Positions 19,101 through 27,764 of a DNA stretch of 64,000 bases are shown here, piece after piece. How positions within the stretch are numbered: the first letter of the stretch is position 1; each line of letters begins with the position of its first letter. The notes below the pieces were generated by a model. That model was not told where the DNA came from. It did not search any database and saw only the letters and a list, made by a program, of their open reading frames with translations. Location of the stretch: assembly GCA_903829945.1 (NCBI GenBank), contig CAIKRV010000084.1, positions 6,869 to 70,868 on the forward strand, given 5' to 3'. This stretch comes from an uncultured bacterium. Its GTDB lineage: Bacteria; Bacteroidota; Bacteroidia; CAILMK01. Position numbers and translations under genes: made by a program.

Positions 19101-19810
19101 TGATGGTGATGGAAAAGGAATATGGCAGGAATATGATTGAAAAGTTTCTGAAATATGAAATGGATATTTATTTAAGATCAAGAGGGATGGAGAAAAAAGG
19201 GGAAGAATCCTTGGAAGATGTGGAGCAACAATCCTATGTGTATTATCAGAAGGGCGGTATTGCCATGTATGCCTTGCGCGATTATATTGGTGAAGATTCC
19301 TTAAATCAAGCTTTGAAAAGATATGTTGCAGCAGTGGCCTTCCACGGACCGCCTTATACTAATAGTCGTGAATTTTTAAAATATATTCGATCCGCCTGTC
19401 CGGATTCTCTACAATATTTAATTAGTGATATGTTTGAGAAAATTACTTTCTACGAAAATAGAACCGTGAAAGCTGAATCCGTAAAACTCCCCAATGGGAA
19501 ATACAGAGTTGACCTTGAAGTAAAAATTGCTAAAAAATATTCCGATAAACTGGGAAATGAGAAAAGTGCTAAAGTTGATGATTATATAGAAGTTGGGGTT
19601 TACGGAGTAAGCAAGGACCCCATTCATCCGGTATTCTTGAGTTTAAAAAAGATGAAATTAACGGATAAGACAAGCAAATTATCCATCATCGTGGATGCAA
19701 AACCAAGCGAAGCAGGCTTAGATCCAAGACATTTATTAATTGACCGAGATATTGATGATAATGTTATTCAAGTAACAGATCATGCAGAAATCGTAAGTAA
19801 AAATAAATAA
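16175..19810 (+). CDS. Fusion protein: ABC-2 family permease (N-terminal, ~560 aa, ~12 TM) + M1 family zinc aminopeptidase domain (C-terminal)
   Basis: 1211 aa. The N-terminal half is polytopic membrane. The C-terminal half carries the gluzincin motif HEVAHQWWGH with a downstream Glu. It immediately follows the ABC ATPase. Confidence 0.8.
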   Translation: MFKSIFTYELHYNSRKVVNLIFFLLFLGISYLIALVIGGTFTSATSDIGKLHMNSSLLISSLFSIIIYWTLLLFPSIVGDAIYRDFRTESYSLFFTKPISKFGYLAGRFLGSIATLAIILLGFELGFLIGTLMPWINQDLKGPLNLLYYINDYFLFLLPNVILMGSIVFCAATLSRNILFTYIVCILFYVIKAVAASLLSKIDNHTLSALLDPFGSEAISIYTRYWSVAEQNNNLLPLKGIILYNRLLWLGISAILFLFTYLRFELKYADGISWFRKRKASLNEEFTPIVKNKITESSLSKSSNNIWSQFKFELKFEYLSIVKSIPFIIFLLIGIGLIILTSTQLDDMYGTSIYPLTSRIIPLTQGAFNLVLVIFIIYFSGEIVWKERSLRINQVYDAMPFPSWLPLISKLSAFFLVQLSILGCAGLCGIGIQLFHGFYQIEFDLYFKMLLLESWYFILFSALAFSTQVLVNNKYIAYVFVIGIFVFLQFAGLMGLNQPIYLYGADSGYLYSDMNKFGHFMYSLFIHKIYWTSFAGILVVIAILFWQRGMDTRFSIRRKIAVARLNKKLGLVIVLCTILFLAFGSFIFYNTHILHAYKTNFESEEQIAQFEKKYKKYEQLVQPRITDVVLDAAIYPKERAATFIGYYWMKNKSKSPINEVHLNLNAYERIVKLQFSKPCDLSLNDTDNGYRIYKLKQSMMPGDSMRLDFDLRLAVKGFKYSGGSSASVLYNGTFINNQSSLPSIGYPEAGELSDDKTRIKHGLKPKDLLPPATDTNGAKMNYIANDADWINFEATVSTTEDQIGIAPGYLQKEWTKEGRKYFHYKMDTKILNFYSILSANYTVLNDSWTSPEGKKVKIQIFYQEGQTYDLDMMVKGIKKTLAYCSKNFSPYQYHQVRIIEFPRYASFAQSFPNTIPFSESIGFIAKVDPNNPNDIAYPFYVTCHEVAHQWWGHQVIGAMVKGSTLMCESMAQYTSLMVMEKEYGRNMIEKFLKYEMDIYLRSRGMEKKGEESLEDVEQQSYVYYQKGGIAMYALRDYIGEDSLNQALKRYVAAVAFHGPPYTNSREFLKYIRSACPDSLQYLISDMFEKITFYENRTVKAESVKLPNGKYRVDLEVKIAKKYSDKLGNEKSAKVDDYIEVGVYGVSKDPIHPVFLSLKKMKLTDKTSKLSIIVDAKPSEAGLDPRHLLIDRDIDDNVIQVTDHAEIVSKNK

Positions 19811-19838
19811 GCTTAACTTTGCCGGAGAAAATATAATT

Positions 19839-20705
19839 ATGCAGGCGCCAGATTGGGAAGATTATGAATTGATAGATTGCGGAGCATTTAAAAAGCTGGA
19901 AAGATTTGGTGCGTATATTTTAATACGCCCTGAACCACAAGCATTATGGGATCCTAAATTGAGCTTTAAGGAATGGAGAGCGAAAGCTCATGCAGAGTAT
20001 GAAGCTACCAGCAGTACCACCGGTGAATGGAAAAAATTTAAACCTATTCCTTTTCAATGGTTTATTCAATGGAAGAGCAAGGATTTTAATTTGAAGTTTC
20101 AATTAAAATTTACTTCTTTTAAGCATTTGGGCATTTTCCCGGAACAGGCGGCCAATTGGACTTATCTGTTTAATTATTTAAAGAACTGCGGAATACGAGA
20201 GCCAAAAGTATTAAATCTATTTGCCTATACGGGTGGTGCGTCTTTAGCAGCCAAAGCAGCCGGAGCAGATGTGATCCACTTGGACTCGGTAAAACAAGTA
20301 GTTAGTTGGGCAAAAGAAAATATGGAAGTTTCCGGATTAAAAGATATCCGATGGGTGGTGGAGGATGCGGCCTTATTTGCAGCACGTGAATTTAAAAGAG
20401 CACATTTATACAATGCCATCATAATGGACCCTCCATCGTATGGTTTAGGGCCTAAAGGAGAACGATGGAAATTAGAAGAACACCTAAACCAAATGCTCAA
20501 AAACGTATTGCCTTTATTGGATCCGGATAATCATTGTTTTATTATTAATACCTATTCTCTCAACTTATCACCGCTTATTTTAAATAATCTTGTCAGATCC
20601 ATTCTGCCGAATGCCAAAGGCATAGAACATGGTGATTTGTACATTATGAGCAGTCAAAAACAAGAAATGCCTTTAGGCGCTTATCTTCGTTTTCAAAAAC
20701 ATTAG
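19839..20705 (+). CDS. Class I SAM-dependent methyltransferase (RlmI/RlmK-like, DPPxY motif)
   Basis: IIMDPPSYG catalytic motif and a Rossmann-like fold (AYTGGASLAAKAAGA). Confidence 0.65.
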   Translation: MQAPDWEDYELIDCGAFKKLERFGAYILIRPEPQALWDPKLSFKEWRAKAHAEYEATSSTTGEWKKFKPIPFQWFIQWKSKDFNLKFQLKFTSFKHLGIFPEQAANWTYLFNYLKNCGIREPKVLNLFAYTGGASLAAKAAGADVIHLDSVKQVVSWAKENMEVSGLKDIRWVVEDAALFAAREFKRAHLYNAIIMDPPSYGLGPKGERWKLEEHLNQMLKNVLPLLDPDNHCFIINTYSLNLSPLILNNLVRSILPNAKGIEHGDLYIMSSQKQEMPLGAYLRFQKH

Positions 20706-20732
20706 TATGACCTTCTATTTAGCACTTTACCT

Positions 20733-21191
20733 ATGAAAAAATATATTATCTTAACCTTACTTATTTTTGGAATGCACCAAGCTTTTGGTTGCAAACCTAA
20801 GTTAGTAATGAGTATAAAACATACGCCTTGTTTTGGTAAATGCCCTGATTATGAGTTGCAGATTTATTCCAATGGTATGGTATATTATGATGGGGGAAGA
20901 TTCTCAGCCCGTTTGGGTAAAATGCATAAGAAAATAACTAAAAAGGAAGTCAAGGATTTGATAGCAAAATTTAACAATGCAAAATTCTTTGAATTTAATG
21001 ATAAATATACTGCACAGGTAACCGATATGCCCACTACTTATATCAGCTTTTATGACCACGGAAAAAGCAAAACCATCACTGATTATTATGATGCTCCACC
21101 GGCACTAAGGCATTTGGAAATGTTATTAAATGCCTACGCAGACAATGACGAAGGTTGGATTTTAGAGAAGGATTCAGCTCCTAAGAAATAG
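20733..21191 (+). CDS. Hypothetical small lipoprotein
   Basis: Signal peptide (FGMHQAFGC). Conserved Cys pattern TPCFGKCPDYEL. Confidence 0.45.
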   Translation: MKKYIILTLLIFGMHQAFGCKPKLVMSIKHTPCFGKCPDYELQIYSNGMVYYDGGRFSARLGKMHKKITKKEVKDLIAKFNNAKFFEFNDKYTAQVTDMPTTYISFYDHGKSKTITDYYDAPPALRHLEMLLNAYADNDEGWILEKDSAPKK

Positions 21192-21320
21192 TTGCTTTTA
21201 GCTGTAAAATATCCTAAGATTTTGCCAATAGCCTGACATTATTTTTTTTATCAGCTCAAAATCAAAGCTTTAGGCAAATAAAATCTTAGGAGAAATGTAT
21301 AATTATTCCAAAAAAATCAC

Positions 21321-21328
21321 TATCTTTG
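21321..21328 (+). promoter_or_regulatory. Bacteroidota sigma-A -7 box (TAnnTTTG) upstream of rplY
   Basis: TATCTTTG lies ~27 nt before the rplY ATG. The ORF-track start codon is the TTG inside this box. Confidence 0.5.
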
Positions 21329-21355
21329 CACCACTTTTTTTTAAATCAATATCAA

Positions 21356-21931
21356 ATGAAAACGATAGACCTTAAAGGGTATTACAGAAATCAAACAGGT
21401 AAAGAAGCAAATGGCCGTATTCGTAAAGACGGTTGGGTACCATGCGAACTTTATGGAGGTGGCGAAAACGTACACTTTGCCGCATTTATTGCTGATTTCA
21501 AACAAATCGTGTATACGCCTAATACTTATACAGTTAAAATTGACATTGAAGGCACTACCCACGCTGCGGTAATCAAGGAAGTACAATTCAATCCTTTAAA
21601 TGAGGAAATTATTCACGTTGATTTTGTACGCGTTCAAGAAGATAAGCCAATGAAAATCAAATTACCAATTCACTACGTGGGTAATTCCATAGGTGTTCGT
21701 GAAGGTGGTAAATTAATTAAAAAGCTAAGATTTTTAAATGTAAAAGGTTTGGCTAAAAATATGCCGGCTGCCATTGAAGTGGACATTTCTGAAATCGGCT
21801 TAGGAAAATCTATCCGCGTATCTGATATTAAGGTAGAAAATTTAGAAGTTTTAAACGCTCCTGCTATTCCGGTGGCTTCTGTAAGTGTACCTCGTAGCTT
21901 GAAAGGTGATGAAACTCCTGCCAAGAAGTAA
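21356..21931 (+). CDS. rplY: 50S ribosomal protein L25 / general stress protein Ctc
   Basis: MKTIDLKGYYRNQTGKEANGRIRKDGWVPCELYGG is a typical L25/Ctc N-terminus. The start is corrected to the ATG at 21356; the track began at a TTG at 21326. Confidence 0.85.
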   Translation: MKTIDLKGYYRNQTGKEANGRIRKDGWVPCELYGGGENVHFAAFIADFKQIVYTPNTYTVKIDIEGTTHAAVIKEVQFNPLNEEIIHVDFVRVQEDKPMKIKLPIHYVGNSIGVREGGKLIKKLRFLNVKGLAKNMPAAIEVDISEIGLGKSIRVSDIKVENLEVLNAPAIPVASVSVPRSLKGDETPAKK

Positions 21932-21963
21932 TTCTTTTCAGATTTTAAAATATATATGTTGTA

Positions 21964-21986
21964 GGGTAGGTTTAAATAACCTACCC
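21964..21986 (+). terminator. Stem-loop (9-bp perfect stem GGGTAGGTT/AACCTACCC) after rplY, followed by a T-rich tract
   Basis: Seen directly in the sequence. The T-run is interrupted (TATTTATTTG). It could be a weak terminator or attenuator between rplY and pth. Confidence 0.4.
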
Positions 21987-22015
21987 TATTTATTTGATAA
22001 TCTTTTGTAAAGCTT

Positions 22016-22576
22016 ATGAAATATCTTATCACTGGTTTGGGAAATCCAGGTGCTGAATATGAATTTACTCGGCATAATATCGGTTTCTTGGTCTTAGATG
22101 CCTTAGCAGCTGAAGCAGGTATTTCTTTTATGCCTGATCGATTTGGATTAATTGCCGAAGGGCGCTTAAAAAACAAACAAATTGTTTTGCTAAAACCTGA
22201 CACATACATGAACCTCAGTGGAAAAGCAGTTAGGTATTGGATGCAAGCCAAGGATATTCCTTTAGAACAAACCATTGTAGTAACTGATGATTTGGCCTTA
22301 CCCCTGGGCAAACTAAGAATGAAAACTAAAGGAAGTGCCGGGGGCCACAACGGACTAAAAAGTATTGCCGAACTTTTACAAACGGAAAATTATCCTCGTT
22401 TACGTTTTGGCATTGGTGATAATTTTTCTAAAGGCAAGCAAGTTGATTTTGTATTAGGGACTTGGAATAAATCAGAACAAGAAATTATAAAAAATCAAAT
22501 TCCAATGGCTGTTGATGCCTTAAAAAGCTTTATTTTTGTCGGCATATCAAAGACTATGGAATTACATAATCGCTAG
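22016..22576 (+). CDS. pth: Peptidyl-tRNA hydrolase
   Basis: LITGLGNPGAEYEFTRHNIGF and the GGHNG motif. Confidence 0.9.
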   Translation: MKYLITGLGNPGAEYEFTRHNIGFLVLDALAAEAGISFMPDRFGLIAEGRLKNKQIVLLKPDTYMNLSGKAVRYWMQAKDIPLEQTIVVTDDLALPLGKLRMKTKGSAGGHNGLKSIAELLQTENYPRLRFGIGDNFSKGKQVDFVLGTWNKSEQEIIKNQIPMAVDALKSFIFVGISKTMELHNR

Positions 22577-22667
22577 GATTACTAATAAAATTCAGGGCTG
22601 CGTGTTAAAAGTTTGGAGGGTTTTTATGGTTTTTTTTGCCCCACAGATTTTTTAACCGCAGCTTTTT

Positions 22668-23168
22668 TTATTGTTCAAATTCTCCTGCTAAATATCTTTT
22701 GGACAGGTTTACATATACTTCGGCATTCTTTCGCACTTTTGCTATTTGCGATTCCGTTAAGGTTTTTACAATTTTTGCTGGTGAACCAATAACTAAACTG
22801 TAATCAGGTATTTCCATACCTTCCGTCACCAGTGCATGTGCACCAATAATACACCAATTACCTATTTTAGCCCCATTGAGTACCGTAGAACGCATTCCTA
22901 TCAAGGTATGGTTACCAACAGAGGCACCATGAATAATAGCAGCATGGCCAACAATTACATCGTGTCCGATATGCACCGGAAATCCCGGGTCCACATGGAT
23001 AATAGCCCCATCCTGAATATTGGTTCGTTCCTCAATCGTAATAACATCAGCATCTGCCCGCAAAACTGCATTAAACCAAACGGAACAATCCTTGGCCAGT
23101 TTAACCTGACCTATAACTGTTGCATTAGGTGCTATAAAAAGCTCCGATTCTTTACTTACATTTGCCAT
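22668..23168 (-). CDS. Gamma carbonic anhydrase family / hexapeptide-repeat protein (YrdA/PaaY-like)
   Basis: Left-handed beta-helix hexapeptide repeats, with His residues in the IHVDPG and HGASVG contexts. Confidence 0.8.
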   Translation of the reverse strand: MANVSKESELFIAPNATVIGQVKLAKDCSVWFNAVLRADADVITIEERTNIQDGAIIHVDPGFPVHIGHDVIVGHAAIIHGASVGNHTLIGMRSTVLNGAKIGNWCIIGAHALVTEGMEIPDYSLVIGSPAKIVKTLTESQIAKVRKNAEVYVNLSKRYLAGEFEQ

Positions 23169-23227
23169 AATTATTTATTTAAATACTCAATAGAAGCCCT
23201 TAACTCCTTGAAGTGCGAAATTAACTA

Positions 23228-24466
23228 ATGCAATTTATAATTAAGAATATTAAAGGTTTAATCCAAGCAGCTGAAAATATAAATAATAAAGTTTGCGGGA
23301 AAGAAATGAGCGTATTGCCCATTATTGAAAATGCTTATTTAATCATTCAAGACGGACTTATTTACGATTATGGCAGCATGGAGCATTGTCCTCAGATAGA
23401 TGGAGAAAGCATTGATGCTTCCGGTAAATATGTATTTCCATCTTATATTGATGCGCATACCCATTTGGTATTTGCGGGTAGTAGGGAAAAAGAATTTGAA
23501 TTAAGAATTAAAGGAGCCTCTTATGAAGAAATAGCGGCTGCCGGCGGCGGAATTTTAAATTCTGCTCATAAACTAAAAGATGCTTCTTTTGAATCCTTAT
23601 ATGATGCCGCTTATCAACGAATCATGGACTTAGTAAAGCTGGGTACCGGAGCTATTGAAATAAAAAGTGGCTACGGACTTAACCTTGCCTCTGAAATTAA
23701 AATGCTTCGTGTAATAAAGGAGTTGAAAAAAAATAGTCCGATAAAAATTAAATCCACCTTTTTAGGTGCTCATGCTTATCCTTTAGCCTATAAAAATAAT
23801 CACGAAGCGTATTTGGATGAAATAATCCAAAAAATGCTTCCTCAAATAGCTGAAGAAGATTTGGCCGATTATATTGATGTATTTTGTGATCGTGGTTTTT
23901 TTAGTCCGGAAGAAACAGATAAAATTTTAAAGGCAGGAATTAGTTATGGCTTAAAGCCAAGAATACATGCCAATGAATTGGATTATTCCGGCGGCATTCA
24001 AGTCGGTGTAAAAAATAATGCTTTATCAGTAGATCACTTAGAATATACCGGAGATGAAGAAATAAAATGCTTATTGCAAGGCAATACCATGCCTATCCTG
24101 CTCCCAAGCACCGCATTCTTTTTAGGCTTGCACTATCCTCCTGCACGCAAAATAATTGATTCAGGACTACCCTTGGCTCTGGCCAGCGATTATAATCCGG
24201 GGTCCTCTCCTTCCGGAAATATGAATTTTGTGCTTTCTTTAGCTTGTATTAAACTAAAAATGACACCTGAAGAAGCCATCAATGCGGGCACTATTAATGC
24301 TGCTTGTGCATTGGAATTGGAAAATTCTCATGGAAGTATCAGTAAAGGAAAAGTGGCAAATTTATTTATCACTAAAGAAATTAATTCCTATCAATATATT
24401 CCCTATAATTTTGGGCATAACAATATATCAAGTATTATTTTAAACGGTCGCGTGCTAAACATTTAA
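23228..24466 (+). CDS. hutI: Imidazolonepropionase
   Basis: Amidohydrolase fold (IDAHTHLVFAGSR, HANEL, ASDYNPGSSP), characteristic of HutI. Confidence 0.85.
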   Translation: MQFIIKNIKGLIQAAENINNKVCGKEMSVLPIIENAYLIIQDGLIYDYGSMEHCPQIDGESIDASGKYVFPSYIDAHTHLVFAGSREKEFELRIKGASYEEIAAAGGGILNSAHKLKDASFESLYDAAYQRIMDLVKLGTGAIEIKSGYGLNLASEIKMLRVIKELKKNSPIKIKSTFLGAHAYPLAYKNNHEAYLDEIIQKMLPQIAEEDLADYIDVFCDRGFFSPEETDKILKAGISYGLKPRIHANELDYSGGIQVGVKNNALSVDHLEYTGDEEIKCLLQGNTMPILLPSTAFFLGLHYPPARKIIDSGLPLALASDYNPGSSPSGNMNFVLSLACIKLKMTPEEAINAGTINAACALELENSHGSISKGKVANLFITKEINSYQYIPYNFGHNNISSIILNGRVLNI

Positions 24467-24470
24467 TTAT

Positions 24471-25343
24471 ATGAGCTTATTTAAAAATGTAATTATTTTT
24501 TCAATTTTCATTTTTGCAAGTTTCAAATCTTTCGGGCAAACCGAAATAGATACCTCAGCTACGTATGAAGTAATTAAATCGGATGGAGGTAAATTTTTAG
24601 GCAAAATCATTTCCAAAAATGAAAAGGAAATTGTGATTGTTACCAAAAATTTAGGCAGCATCAATATACCTATGTATGTTATTAAGGAAATACGTAAGCT
24701 GAGTAAAAATGATTTTAATGCTAAAGGCGATGCCATCAATCCTCCATTTTATACAAGATATTTTTTTACCACCAATGGCTTTCCCTTACATAAGGAGGAC
24801 GGATACCTCATATACAATTGGTTTGGATTGGATTATGAAACGGGTTTTACGGAGCATTTAAGTGGAGGAATCATGACTTCATGGATAGCCGTGCCAATTA
24901 TCGGCTCCATAAAATATGCCACCGATATATCACCGTATGCACATGTTTCCGTGGGCGTATTGGCAGGCTTTGGTTCCTATTTAATTCCAAGGACAGTAAT
25001 GGGATTGCCATATGCAGCGCTGACCTTTGGAAATAAGGAAAGAAATATTACCTTTAGTGGAGGCTACGGTGCAATATCAATAGCAGGTACAGCCAGTGGA
25101 AAAGTTTTAGGATCCGTTTCGGGCTTATTAACCATTACCAAAAAAATTGGTTTGGTTTTTGATTCCTTTATTTTCAGCAATGATAACTCCGATAACGTTA
25201 ATTTAATTGGCGTATTTATGCCGGGATTAAGAGCCTATACCGGCGAAAATAAAATTTTTCAATTTGGTCTGGCTGAAATTTATTATAATCATCAATTTGT
25301 TCCATTTCCATTCCCGTTAATACAATGGCATCAAAAAATTTAA
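24471..25343 (+). CDS. Hypothetical secreted protein
   Basis: Signal peptide (FIFASFKSFGQ). Located between hutI and the formiminotransferase gene. Confidence 0.45.
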   Translation: MSLFKNVIIFSIFIFASFKSFGQTEIDTSATYEVIKSDGGKFLGKIISKNEKEIVIVTKNLGSINIPMYVIKEIRKLSKNDFNAKGDAINPPFYTRYFFTTNGFPLHKEDGYLIYNWFGLDYETGFTEHLSGGIMTSWIAVPIIGSIKYATDISPYAHVSVGVLAGFGSYLIPRTVMGLPYAALTFGNKERNITFSGGYGAISIAGTASGKVLGSVSGLLTITKKIGLVFDSFIFSNDNSDNVNLIGVFMPGLRAYTGENKIFQFGLAEIYYNHQFVPFPFPLIQWHQKI

Positions 25344-25390
25344 TTTCTACAAATAAATAATAACTTTGAAACAGATTTCGAATTTAAATT

Positions 25391-27076
25391 ATGAATAAGC
25401 AATTAATTGAATGCGTCCCAAATTTTAGCGAAGGACGCAATATGGAAATTATTGAAAAAATCGCAGCGGCCATCCGCAGTGTGGATGGTGTTAAACTTCT
25501 TAATATAGACCCGGGTAAGGCTACCAATAGAACGGTAATAACTTTTGTTGGTGAACCGGATGCAGTGGTGGAAGCAGCTTATTTAGCCATTGCAAAAGCT
25601 GCAGAACTGATAGATATGACACAACATAGCGGTGAACATCCCAGGATGGGCGCTACGGATGTTTGTCCTTTTATTCCAATTGCTAATATAACGATGGAAG
25701 AAACGGCAACTTATGCCAAAAAGCTTGGAGAACGCGTAGGAAATGATTTAAATATTCCCGTGTATTTATACGAAGCAGCTGCGAGTAATCCGCAACGCAA
25801 AAACTTAGCTGTAATTCGAGAAGGAGAATACGAAGGATTTGCTAAAAAAATAACTTTACCGGAATGGAAACCTGATTATGGTAAAGCTGAATTTAACAAG
25901 CGTTCAGGTGCAACCGTCATCGGTGCACGTGATTTTTTAGTTGCCTATAATATTAATCTGAATACTAAATCAACCAGAATCGCCAATGCCATCGCATTTG
26001 ATATTCGTGAACAAGGCAGAGTAAAACGCAAAGACAATTCATTATTAGGGGAAATAGAACGCGACCAAGAAGGAAACGCCATTAGAATACTCGGTAAATT
26101 AAAATCAGTAAAAGCCATTGGTTGGTACATAGAGGAATATGGCATTGCACAAATTTCAATGAACCTGACCAATATTAATGAAACTTCAGTGCACATTGCT
26201 TTTGATGAAGTTATTAATGCTGCCATGGATAGAGGCGTACGCGTGACCGGTTCTGAAATTGTTGGGATGGTTCCTAAAAAAGTACTTTTAGATGCTGGCA
26301 AATATTTTTTAAACAAACAAAACAGATCAATCGGTATTCCGGAGGAAGAAATAATTAATATTGCCATTAAATCTTTAGGCTTAGATGAAATTTCAACATT
26401 CAAAGTAGAAGAAAGAATTATTGAGTATATGCTGGATAGTGGAAATGAATATCCATTAAATCAATTAAGCATTAAAGAATTCGCCAATCTTACTTCCAGT
26501 GAAGCGCCGGCACCCGGCGGCGGTTCCATTGCTGCGTATGTGGGAGCTTTAGGCAGCAGCTTGATGACCATGGTAGCCAATTTATCCGCGAATAAACGAG
26601 GTTGGGAATCACAAATTTCCTACTTTTCAAAAGTAGCTGAAAGTGGTCAGGCAATAAAAGATACTTTATTAAAATTAGTGGATGAAGACACTCAAGCGTT
26701 TGATAAAGTTATGCTTGCCTATGGAATGCCGAAAGAAACGGAGGAAGAAAAATCCAAAAGAAAAGCTGCCATTCAAGCGGCCAATACTTATGCAGCCAGA
26801 GTCCCTTTACGCGTGATGCAAACAGCCTATAAAGCATTTCCGCTCATTAAAGAAATGGCTGAAAAGGGCAATCAAAATTCCATCACAGACGGAGGTGTAG
26901 GCGCCTTGTGTACCCGCACTGCCATAGAAGGTGCTTATTTGAATATTAGAGTAAACATTAGCGGACTTACCGATTTGGAAGTAAAAAACGCGATTTTAAA
27001 TGAAGCGGAAACCATTTTGAATAATGCCAAAATTGCAGAAAAAGAAATTATCGATTTTATATTAACGAAGATTTAA
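25391..27076 (+). CDS. Glutamate formimidoyltransferase / formimidoyltetrahydrofolate cyclodeaminase (bifunctional FTCD)
   Basis: Formiminotransferase N-terminus (ECVPNFSEGRN). At 561 aa it has room for a C-terminal cyclodeaminase domain. Confidence 0.8.
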   Translation: MNKQLIECVPNFSEGRNMEIIEKIAAAIRSVDGVKLLNIDPGKATNRTVITFVGEPDAVVEAAYLAIAKAAELIDMTQHSGEHPRMGATDVCPFIPIANITMEETATYAKKLGERVGNDLNIPVYLYEAAASNPQRKNLAVIREGEYEGFAKKITLPEWKPDYGKAEFNKRSGATVIGARDFLVAYNINLNTKSTRIANAIAFDIREQGRVKRKDNSLLGEIERDQEGNAIRILGKLKSVKAIGWYIEEYGIAQISMNLTNINETSVHIAFDEVINAAMDRGVRVTGSEIVGMVPKKVLLDAGKYFLNKQNRSIGIPEEEIINIAIKSLGLDEISTFKVEERIIEYMLDSGNEYPLNQLSIKEFANLTSSEAPAPGGGSIAAYVGALGSSLMTMVANLSANKRGWESQISYFSKVAESGQAIKDTLLKLVDEDTQAFDKVMLAYGMPKETEEEKSKRKAAIQAANTYAARVPLRVMQTAYKAFPLIKEMAEKGNQNSITDGGVGALCTRTAIEGAYLNIRVNISGLTDLEVKNAILNEAETILNNAKIAEKEIIDFILTKI

Positions 27077-27092
27077 ATACCCCAATATTATT

Positions 27093-27764
27093 TTGATTAA
27101 AGGGCCCGAATTAATTATTTCTGAAGATGGTTCCCATACCTTATATGTTGCCAATCTGGATGAACATTATCATTCTATTCACGGTGCTATTCAGGAATCG
27201 AAACATGTATATATTGATGCTGGTTTGAAACTTGTAGGCGCTCAACTTGAAGAAATAAATATTTTTGAAGTAGGCTTTGGCACCGGATTAAATGCATTAT
27301 TGAGTTATCAATATGCTTTGGAAAACAATAAAAAGCTACTTTATCATACTGCGGAGCTCTACCCTATTTCAATGGAAATAGCAGCACAATTAAATTATAC
27401 TGATTTATTAGGTAAAGATTTTCAAGAATTCTTTTTATCATTACATGAAAGCGAATGGAACGAAAAAATAGTTTTAAATAATTATTTCAGCTTATACAAA
27501 CACTTGGGAAATATATATGAAATTATACCCGGCAAAAAGTTTGATATAATTTATTTTGATGCCTTTGCTCCTGAAAAGCAAGAATCCTTATGGAGTTTAA
27601 TTATTTTTAAAACCATGTTCGAATTATTAGCTTCCGGCGGAATATTGCTTACCTATTGCGCCAAAGGTAGTGTACGTAGAATCATGCGTGAAGCCGGCTT
27701 TTATGTAGAGCGCATCCCGGGGCCGCCCGGAAAAAGACAGATGATGCGTGCCACAAAATTTTAA
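27093..27764 (+). CDS. MnmD-like SAM-dependent methyltransferase (tRNA mnm5s2U methyltransferase domain)
   Basis: EVGFGTGLN and DAFAPEKQESLWS motifs. The start is a TTG (the track call) and the exact start is uncertain. Confidence 0.6.
   Translation: MIKGPELIISEDGSHTLYVANLDEHYHSIHGAIQESKHVYIDAGLKLVGAQLEEINIFEVGFGTGLNALLSYQYALENNKKLLYHTAELYPISMEIAAQLNYTDLLGKDFQEFFLSLHESEWNEKIVLNNYFSLYKHLGNIYEIIPGKKFDIIYFDAFAPEKQESLWSLIIFKTMFELLASGGILLTYCAKGSVRRIMREAGFYVERIPGPPGKRQMMRATKF

Noticed and set aside
21192-21325. Possible structured ribosomal-protein leader upstream of rplY
   Set aside because: No convincing conserved stem-loops were seen. Only the -7 promoter box could be supported.
22668-23168. 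Gamma-CA/hexapeptide protein considered as part of a phenylacetate (PaaY) cluster
   Set aside because: No paa genes are nearby. It is most likely a stand-alone YrdA-like protein.
27093-27095. TTG start of the MnmD-like gene considered a possible mis-call
   Set aside because: No in-frame ATG exists near the conserved N-terminal region, and the gene begins 16 nt after the FTCD stop. TTG or another alternative start remains the best option, and it is flagged with reduced confidence rather than rejected.
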